The notes beneath the pieces are model-generated. The model made no database searches and was not told the DNA's origin. It saw only the letters and a program-made list of their open reading frames with translations. Position numbers and translations under genes: made by a program. A stretch of 63,723 nt of DNA, filler included, from Reticulomyxa filosa (lineage: Eukaryota; Protista; Foraminifera): the NCBI GenBank assembly GCA_000512085.1. It is 17 parts of 17 records of this genome, joined end to end, with 100 filler letters (N's around TTAATTAATTAA, not from the genome) between each part and the next. Parts side by side here need not be neighbours in the genome. Positions count along the whole stretch, not along the records: positions 52,118 to 56,656 come from ASPP01023228.1; positions 56,757 to 60,830 come from ASPP01010378.1; positions 60,931 to 62,334 come from ASPP01048864.1; positions 62,435 to 63,723 come from ASPP01026513.1; 13 more parts are not named here. The stretch is one strand, 5' to 3'. Positions 54,105 through 63,723 of this stretch are shown here, piece by piece. The number at the start of each line of letters is the position of its first letter. Within the stretch, counting starts at the first letter, position 1.

Positions 54105-56656
54105 ATGGATATCAAATTGGATACTTTGGAATATGACGTAATAATATTAGGAACTGGTTTGGTGGAATCGATAATCTCTTGGTTAATATTTGTCTAGATT
54201 TGTGTTGACCGAAACAGCAAATGTGCAAACGAATGAAGTATATTCACAAAAAGAAGCAGGACAAGAATGTAGTAAGAGCGAAAAGACGCACATATGCACA
54301 CATTACACACACATACAAATAGCGCGTGTGCACGTGCAGGGAAAAAGGTATTGCATGTGGATTACAATCCGTACTATGGATCTCACTTTGCAAATATGCA
54401 TAAGAAGCATTACGAGCTGTATATTTCAGGTCGCCACAGGGAGCTATTGGAGTTACATTCATGTGGAAGACGAGATGAAAAATCATCATCTACTGGAGAA
54501 GCAGAAGGAGAAGAAGCGAAGCAAAAAGAAGATTTTTCGTTGAAAGAAGTGCAAAGTTTGTGTGTATTTTATGTTTGTTTTTTTTTTTTTTTTTGAACTT
54601 AAAAAAAAAAAGGGGGAAACACACAAAAAAAGCATTGGTAGGAAATGAAGACATTGATTACATTGGAATGGAATATCTAAGTGATGCAAAATCGAAATGG
54701 AATGTGTATGGAAACTTTGAATGGAAAGATTTCGGACCGGAATTGAAAGAATTGATCCATCCAAAGAATGAAAGAAAACGGACGATGCTCCCCTTGTTAC
54801 GAATCAAGAAACGAATCAATCACAATCCAATTCCAATTCAAATGAAAATGAAAGTGAAAATAAAGATGTAAAAGAAAAAGAAAAAGAAAAAGAACAAGAA
54901 CAAGAACATTTGACTGAAAATTTAAATGAGATCCAATATGTGGAGCATATGAAACAGGTGATTGAAATTTATGAAAATAAATATCGCCAAATCTCAATCG
55001 ATTTGATCCCCAATTTGGTGTATGCGAACGAGTCTTTCGTCGACATCTTGGTGCGCTCTCAAGTATCTCGCTACGTTGAATTTCGTGGCATCGTTCATAA
55101 TTTTGTTTTTTTCGATGGTGACAAGCCTTCCAAAGTTTCTTTTTTTTTTTTTTAATACTTTTCTTTGTATTGAACTTTTTTTGTTTTGAAATCCCACTTT
55201 TTTTTTTTTTTTGATGTCCCCCCCCCCTCCCCTTCCGTCCTCCTCCAATGACCAAAGGTTCCATTGTCCAAAGGAGAAGTATTCGCCAGCAAAGACCTGG
55301 GCATGCGTGAAAAGCGGCAATTGATGAAGTTCATGCACAGCGTTTTGGACGACAGTTCAAACCCGACCAACCAAATGGCCATTGACTTGCATCAGCAAAG
55401 CGTGCAACAACAATCTTTCATCGACGTTATGAATCAACAGCAACTGTCGACCAAAGTCCAAGATTTCATCAAATATGCTTTAGCTTTTTTAGATAGTCCA
55501 TCAGGCATTTTAAATAATTCAACACACAATACAATATATATATATATATTGTATTGAGTTTATTTTTATTGAATAAGGGAGGAGGGAGGAAGCAAGAGGA
55601 ATAATAATAATAAAAAAGATTGTCCGACTGTCGCCGAAATGCTGAAACGCTTGCAACTGTACTTTCAATCAATGGGCCGCTTTTGCGAGGGTGCATTTTT
55701 GTTTCCACTCTACGGATGTGGGGATCTGGCGCAAGGCTTTTGCCGTGCAAGCGCGGTAAAAGGAGGCGTATTTATATTGAACTGGACTATCCAAGGCATG
55801 GTAGTGAAGAAGCCAGTATTGCCATTGCATACGAAAACAGAGCAAGAAGTGAACAGCGCCGAACATATTGAAAAAGAAAACATGAGTGAATATATCAGCG
55901 TAGTGACACCGGCGAAGCAAGTGCTGAAATCCACATATTTGGTGTGTTCTTTGGATTATCTGAGTAAACACATTGGCGATGTGACAACACGCCACATAAG
56001 GATGACAGTGTTGTCGGATGGACCTTTGCAAGGCACCATCAGTGATCCGCCTGATCCTTTTGCGGATAATGACGAGTGGAAGAAACAACGTGGTAGTCAC
56101 AATGGAGTCATTCATATCCCTCCGGCCACACCTCTCTTTCAAAACCCTTGTTCCATTCATATCATTCAATTAGATCATACCTCCCTTGTTGTTCCTGACG
56201 GACTATGTTTCGGCAATTACAATTATTACTCCAATATTTTTTTTTTTTTTTTTTTGGAAAAAAAAGAGTCACCATTGGCTTGTTTGTGGGAAATAAATGC
56301 TTCTAGATTTAACATATATGTGGACCTTGGCGAATCAAAACAATATTGAAGAGTCACGACAAACCATGAAACGATGCTTTGAACTGCTGTATCGCAATCC
56401 AACCAAACACAAACAAGAACATAGCGACAAGCCCACTGGACTTTTTTACTGCTTGTATGAACAAAGGTTTCGAAGTGTCAACACACAACACATCCCTCGC
56501 AATGTCTTTGTCGTTCGAGATTTAGACGACACTTTGAGCTATGAAAACGTTGTTCAGCAGGTAAGTTTTCTTTTCTTTTATTTATTTTTTTTTTGATTGA
56601 CTTCATTTTTTATTTTTTTTTTGGAAAAAAAAAAGGCACAACAACTGTTCCAAAAA
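54105..56656 (+). CDS. CHM: Rab escort protein (REP/CHM, GDI superfamily), 3'-truncated
   Basis: [36 protein letters not shown], a long insert, IDLIP...VSRYVEF, VPLSKGEVF...EKRQLMKF and FLFPLYGCGDLAQGFCRASAVKGG. Six introns, plus a frame break at ~54772. Confidence 0.92.
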
Positions 56657-56756
56657 NNNNNNNNNNNNNNNNNNNNNNNNNNNNNNNNNNNNNNNNNNNN
56701 TTAATTAATTAANNNNNNNNNNNNNNNNNNNNNNNNNNNNNNNNNNNNNNNNNNNN

Positions 56757-57452
56757 CCCCCCTTTTAAAAAAAAAAAAAAAAAAAAACAAAAACAACTAC
56801 CTTGCAATTTGGTGTTGCTTTTAACCTCTTTTGCAACACCAAAATCAATAATCTTAATGCAAAGTGAATCTAAATCAAACAACATGGTGTTTTCCAAAGA
56901 CAAATCTTGATGGACAATGTTATAACTATGCATATAAGATACACCTTTTACCATTTGTCGAAACAGGTGTCGGACCTGTTCAATCCATTCTTGTGAACTC
57001 GCTTGCACCTTTGATGCCGCCGATTTGTGGTGCGAAGATATGTAGTCAAATAAATCTCCATCTTTGCAATATTGCATCACCAAATAGTAATTCGTCTTGT
57101 CTTTGAAATAATGCTCACATGTCACAAACCCAATCTCATTCGGTCCTACCTTCTCATTTCTTATATCATTCTTCAAATGGTCCGTCAACATTCGGTGAAT
57201 ACGGCTCTCGTTTTTGAAATCTTCTGGCACTTTGTTGTTCGCTTTGGATACTCCATTTTTTACACATTGTTTTATTGCCACTTTTATTATCACGTATTTA
57301 TTCGTTGTCGTGTTTTTTCCTAGCCATATCTCTCCTTGAAGTGTATCTGCTAACTTTTTGTTCCACTGGTAACGACCAGCGTTCCCACCGACTGTTGGTG
57401 TTGTCGGCGCGGATGACGCATTATTATGTGAGAACCAACGAAGAGAAAGCAT
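56757..57452 (-). CDS. Ser/Thr protein kinase (CAMK-like), 5' exon
   Basis: VIIK, YLVMQYCKDGDLFDY, HQDLSLEN and IIDFG; donor CAAG|gtagtt before the contig end. Confidence 0.88.
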
Positions 57453-60400
57453 ATATTTTGTTATATATTTCTTTCAATTTTTTATTATTATTATTTTTTT
57501 GGCCGAGACCCAATTTCAATTAGTTTACCAAGGGTTTGCGTATTTTGTGATCATAATCTATTTATTGCTTTGCAAATAATCAATTCAACCATTTTTTTTG
57601 TGCGTTGTGAATAATGACGCCTTTATATTTGGGTTATTGTCGATACTAAAAAATTTTGAATATGTTTGTGACAAATATATTCATATCAATAAAAAATAAA
57701 ATAAAAATACTAAGCAAAGTAAGCTTGAAAAGAAAATTTACATCATTCAAGTTAGTTTCCTTTTTTTTTTTGTGATAAAGAAAATTACAATTGCACTAAC
57801 GGGCAAAACTGTGTTACGTGAAAGAGATATTTGACTAAACCGAAAGATGACATCATAACATTTCGAGATTTCGCAATAGCGTTTAATACAAACTTAAACT
57901 TGAGAACAACGTTAGTAACTTCATATCTGCATTTGCCTTTTTCCTTGCTATTACTATCACCACTACGTTTCGTTACGTCAATCTTGCGCTGGCTATCAAA
58001 AGCAGCATACGCTTTGGTATAATCTCTTTTTCCACGTGACGGAAGCAATATCTTTACCGTCATCAAATAGTTGATAGCCGACCTACGTTCATGCTCCGTT
58101 CATGCTCCTATAAACTTCGTTCAATTTATAAGTAGCACCGGAATAACATTTCAGCCTATAAAAAAAAGAAATTTTTTGGATATATACGTATAAAAAAAAA
58201 CGTTTTCCATTTGCACGCTCCCAAAAAAAAAAAAAAAAACAAAACTTGAATAAAACTTATTGGTCATTAAATCTTCGATTCCTTGGCAGTGCGAACACAC
58301 CTTTCAAATCAGTGGAAATGTATTGCAACTAGCTTCCAAAATCTTCCACCGGCGCAAATGCGCTGCCGGGAGCAATGACTTGGTCATGACAACAATCCCT
58401 TTTCGCCGATGTGAGTTGGATATCATAAACAACGTGAGATCTACATAATCGTTACATTACAACTTTTTTCATTTAATCAGCTTGTAGCTTGTTGTTCAAA
58501 CAACTAGCCGGATCCTTGAAATGACTTTTTCGCCTTCGTTGGAAGACTCAATCACGCGGTCAGTTAAGCCGGATACCAATGTCACAACGAGGGATATACT
58601 TGGTATGAAATGTTTCAATATTTCTATTTTTTTTTAATATTTATTTTCTGTACGAGACTATTAGTTACTATTATTGCATTTTATTCGATACGGAACAGCG
58701 GCTGCGTGTGCGTAGTTAAAAACTCTTGTACTTCTTCCTTCTTCAATTTTTCGTGATACGTACTTTAATCTCTTTTATTATTTTTATTATCCACTCGCTC
58801 GAAGTTAGTCACTGTTGGATAAGTGTATAAGAACTAACTTCAAAAGATACTTCGTATTTGAAGTCATGAACTACCAACAGATTGATATCCTTTGTCTTAG
58901 GCGAGGAAAGCTCAAAATTTCTGTTACACAACATTTTTACCATTACTCGAAGGGGGCTACCCCTAGATCAAACAAAATAAGTGAACGAAAACTTCGATTT
59001 TTGATAAAATAAGTTCAAAAAATGTTAGTTTGTTAAATTCAAAAAAATTATAAAAGTAATTTATTTTGCTTTCAATTGTATTTATTTACTGTTTTTCATT
59101 GATTCTTCTTTTTTTTTTCAATAATGTTCCTGAAGGTATTTTTAAAAAAAACTAGATAATTAAAGTAACTTAATGTCATTGTAGAAAAAATAGAATTTTA
59201 CGAAATAAAAATGGACAAAGAAGATTTTAAAAAATCATTTCAAATCTTACAAATTTTTTTTGCTGAAATGAAAAAACTTTTCAAAAATTGTGTGATTATC
59301 ACAAAATTCAGAAAAACATAATCATTTCACATATGCAAACAGGTATTCGTCAAATAAGCAAAGTATGAAGTATAAAATATTTATTGTAATCTTGAGCTTT
59401 GAAGAACTGAGACATTCTCAATAATAAGCTATCGCAGAAAAGAGTCGACTTTTTTCAATACAAAATAAGTTTTTGTACGTGTTCCTTGAATAAAATTTAT
59501 TGGCTTTTTTTTTCAAATCATTTTAATGTGTATTTTCTTTAAACATTGTCTTGTTCAAAAAGATAAACACAAGATATTAGATAAGACAATTGAAGTTCCA
59601 CTTACTTTGGAGTGGTTAATAATACGTGGAGATACAACGATAGACTTTTGTTATCGAATATAAATTTCAACTCCTTGACATGATGTTCAATCTTCCACTG
59701 CCAATTTTTCTTTTTAGATTGAAAAAAGAGATTTAGTAATTTATTGCAATCAATAGTTTTGAAAAATGAAAAAAATCATCAATAGTCTTTTTTTGTGATT
59801 TTTTACATTTTTATACATTTTAATTCTCCATGATATGTGAATATTAATTTTGAAGAAATGTTGATTTTTGATGAATAATTTGCAAATGTTTATAAGGATT
59901 CATTTTGGGGATGTTTTTGCAGTTGATTTTACGAAAAAAGGTATTGACTATGCTTTGATTTGCTACTTCTCAAAAAAATTTTCAAGAATATTGTGAGTTC
60001 AAAATAGCAGATAAATATTGAATTGTTTGTGAATAATTTTGAATGAAAGTATTGTTGATAATAGTATGATATCATTCTCCAAATTTTTCAGAAATCAGTT
60101 GTTAAATTGGACCAACATTTTGGAAATGTTCATATTAATAATTTTTCCAATTAAATAATTATACATCAAATCACATTTAATCCAAAATGTTCATTGTGTA
60201 ATGCAAAGTTATGCTATAAATTTAAACAAACATTTCGATAATTGAACATCACATAATTATTGTTAGTTTTCAAGTAATTAAAATATATTTCCTGGTCTTT
60301 GTTTATAAATAAAATCTTTTTAAATATGTATTAGTGCAATGTTCAATATTTATTATCACTATTTAATACATGCTACTACTTTCTTTATGCTTAACACATT

Positions 60401-60947
60401 TCTTTCTTCAGATCATTATTCAAAACGTTCAGTGGGCACACTCCTACTATAATAGCAATTTTTTGCATTTGCATTTGTTCTTAAACTTGGTCTTATGAAA
60501 TAGTCTTCAACATCATTGATTTTTCTATTAATGAAAGATTGTTAACTTTTTCACTTTTTTTCAGCTTAGAAATTATTGAAATGCAGTTACTGAAATGCTA
60601 AAGATTATTTGAATTGAAAGAGTAAGACAATAAAAAAAGTTGAACTGAATGTTTTTTTCCCTTTTCCCGAAACCGTTCGTTTGGTTGTTTGGTCCGGCGT
60701 CAGTGGTGGAGAGCTTAATCCTGATATCTAGTGCCGCCTTCGTTTGAAAAAGTTAAATAGGCACATTTTCTTTTCTTTTTTGAAGATTGAAAGTTTGGAG
60801 TCTAAAACATTACTACAAATAACAATAGGCNNNNNNNNNNNNNNNNNNNNNNNNNNNNNNNNNNNNNNNNNNNNTTAATTAATTAANNNNNNNNNNNNNN
60901 NNNNNNNNNNNNNNNNNNNNNNNNNNNNNNTACAAATATATTTATGT

Positions 60948-62196
60948 TTATGTATGTAGTATACGCACAATGATCTTTTTCAATCGTAAAACACTGGAAT
61001 GGAAAGGGACGGAAATATTTTGGACCAGATTGGGACTTTGAAGAACATTTTGAACATTAACAGGCTCCGTTATTTTGTCTTTGAAATAGAGTGATTTAAC
61101 ATAAGGGCTTTTCAAAAAGTTGACAAATAATTTGTCACCATCACTCATTGTCAAATCATTGTTGTTTGTGCATTTTTTATATTTGTATTTGCATTTGTAT
61201 TTGTATTGTATTTTATAATGGTTTCGCCGTTTTCACTTTGGTTTTCAATGCAAACGCCGCAATTGACTCAAAGTATATCTTATCTTCCACCTCTTTTCTT
61301 GGCTTCACAAATGTTGTTTCCATTGCTTCTTCCGATGCTCGTTGGTTCATTTTGTGCTCTTCTTTTTTTTTCGCTGTAACTTTCTGATGATGGGTCTGTT
61401 CAATAGATTTTCCATGGCGATATTTGTTTTTTTCGAAAATGACGCCGAACTGCATACAAGCTCAGTTCGGATAATTGTAGGAACACTTTGTAAATATCTT
61501 TCATCGTCAGCCATGTCTCGTAGAAAACTCGTCTTTGCCATCATGGCCTTGAGCGAGTGGTTTATCCAACTTCATTCGAATGCTTTCATTTCTATTGATT
61601 TCTTTCATATATATGTATATATTTTATTATTATGTCATTTGTTCGTTTGAATAAACAAAACAAAATTATAAATGATAAATGATTATTAAAATAAACCTAT
61701 TCGTCCTGCAGCAATTTCAACACGATTATTCACTTGCAATTTTTCAATCATTTGACCTAATTCCTCCTGTTGCAACTTCTTCTATTTTTTCTTCCAAAAT
61801 CTTGAGTTGCTCTTCCATGCCAATCATGTTGTTCGTTACTCTTCGTTCAATAATTCAGGTTCAAATACTTTTAGATTGGAAGGGATCTTCAAAACCTTGT
61901 TAATGTCTTGCAACTAAAGTACTGCCTTCCATGTTTCTTCCCATTCGTTGAGTTCCACGCCAACAAACTTTTCACCTTTGTCAAAGTCAGAGTATCTGAC
62001 AATTTAAAATCCAAAGCAGTTGAGTCCAAAAAGTTCTTGCAAAATAATGCATCTCCAAAAAAAAAAAAATCTCAACTCCTTCTTCAAATCCATTCTTCAA
62101 CACGATAATGCTGCCCACATCAACAACTCGTTTTGATTCAACTTTTCCTCCATCTTTGCTAACCAATCGCCTTTCCCAGTGTATTTCATCACACCT
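60948..62196 (-). pseudogene. Disrupted coding fragment of unknown family
   Basis: Protein-like segments (VMKYTGKGDWLAKMEEKL; MMAKTSFLRDMADDERYL; DKLFVNFLKSPY) in shifting frames with stops. Confidence 0.4.
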
Positions 62197-62434
62197 GCAA
62201 AAAGTCAGCAGATTTTTTTTTTAAGCTGTTCAAAATCGATATGCAACTCAACAAATTAAAAAGTGGAAAAAAGGCATGTGTACATGTACATTGTTTATAC
62301 ATATGTATACATAATATGTAAGATATTTAAAAAANNNNNNNNNNNNNNNNNNNNNNNNNNNNNNNNNNNNNNNNNNNNTTAATTAATTAANNNNNNNNNN
62401 NNNNNNNNNNNNNNNNNNNNNNNNNNNNNNNNNN

Positions 62435-63723
62435 TAATGTTCATTTTGATCATTTAATCTATCCATAAAATAATTCAATGCAATATTCATTTGTGTTTCA
62501 TCCAATCTCTGTGCAATTCTATAAAGTAGATAAAATTCATTATCCCCTTCACAATTTAATCTAATGAAATAATTAAAAGCATTCCCCAGACAATTTCACT
62601 GCATTATACATTGAGTATTATAATGACAAAAATATAAAGGAAACCCCCATAAATTAAAAATTGGAATGCATTATTTAACTGCTTTCCTCCCAATTGTAGT
62701 GAAATCGTTGCAAGTGTGTGCACATTTATCACAAATTGTAATTTTTCCACTCTCAAAGGCATTCATCAAACATTCAAACACTTTATTCGACTGTCTTTTA
62801 TTCGATTTTTGCAATGAAAATGCACTTTTTTCATGGATATCTTTATCTTTGTCAAGCAGCAAGACATTATTGAAATGCCAAATGAGGGAAATACATTGAA
62901 TCATTTGGTTGTTATTCGTCTTTTGACTCTTGTCCTTGAACAAATCCAAATGAATTGATTCGAGGCCATTAAGATATCACTGATATACCTTTACGTGAAT
63001 ATTTATATTCTATCATATTTAATACTTCTTGTTGAATTTCACAAGAGATGATTGGTTGTCCATATTTTAATCCTTCCCATGCAATTTTAGATAAATAACC
63101 CATTTCCATTTCAAATATATTAAATATAACTTGTCATTTAATTTATTATTCAATCCATTTGATTTCATCCCATTCAATTTCATATAACTGTTCAACAATG
63201 TCTCATACAATCTTGATAGAGTCATTTCATCCCATTTTTCATTATTTGATTTATCTTGTCTTGACAAATAACAGAATAATCTTAAATACAAAGGTGTATG
63301 GCCCAATAATTTCAAACTTCGATTATTGTTTAATTTTTTCATCAATACATCTGATTCATTGTTATTTTCAAAATAAGCATTAACATAATTTTGAATATCT
63401 TGTGATTGGAATCCAATGACATTCAGCATTCTTGGATTGTTTAGATATGAACACATTGAATTGGATGCTTCTCCTTGAATACTAATATGGCGTACTTTTG
63501 ATTCATTTTCTGTATCAAAAGAGCCGATCGAATGTAACACGTGTCAATGGATTGTTCAGGATCATCAAATAATTGAGCCAACCTATCTTGTGATTGGTAA
63601 TGTCGCCTTAACTTTTTTTTCGTTGTATCCAATTCTTCATTTTTATTTTCTTTTTCTGCTTCTGAAGTTTCGTTTGCATAAACTCTTTTCCTTATTTTTT
63701 CGTTTTTTCCTTTGTTCTTGCAG
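62435..63723 (-). pseudogene. NACHT (STAND) NTPase pseudogene with internal deletion
   Basis: LRRHYQSQDRLAQLFDD...CYIR, RHISIQGEA fused directly to MCSYLNNPRMLNVIGFQSQDIQNYV, HTPLYLRLFC and TLSRLYE; several frameshifts. Confidence 0.75.

Noticed and set aside
59210-60200. Decayed plus-strand ORF fragments
   Set aside because: Unassignable, with many stops.
60665-60745. GC-rich patch with A-box-like GGCGTCAGTGG as a tRNA or SINE
   Set aside because: No B-box (GTTCRA) and no cloverleaf.

Overview
This is not one locus. It is 17 short, AT-rich eukaryotic contigs joined by an artificial 100-nt linker (N44-TTAATTAATTAA-N44), so neighbours across linkers are not biologically adjacent. The Kelch, TRAF-WD40, NACHT and caspase-like families, many pseudogenes and low-complexity proteins strongly resemble the foraminiferan Reticulomyxa filosa (Rhizaria); this is recognition, not a search result. 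I reconstructed spliced genes by hand: formiminoglutamase, 6-phosphogluconate dehydrogenase, a GEX1/KAR5/Brambleberry nuclear-fusion protein, a DOCK GEF, an AGC kinase, proteasome Rpt3, an MFS transporter, NDUFAF6, Rab escort protein and a CAMK-like kinase. There is also a decayed LINE and a two-copy LTR-like repeat. The most striking unexplained signal is intron architecture: donors are mostly GTT, acceptors are often preceded by A-tracts instead of a polypyrimidine tract, and many introns fold back on themselves (T-run/A-run arms, perfect palindromes, one GC-rich stem). This suggests structure-guided splicing. Several otherwise intact genes also carry single -1 frame breaks, most likely homopolymer miscalls.
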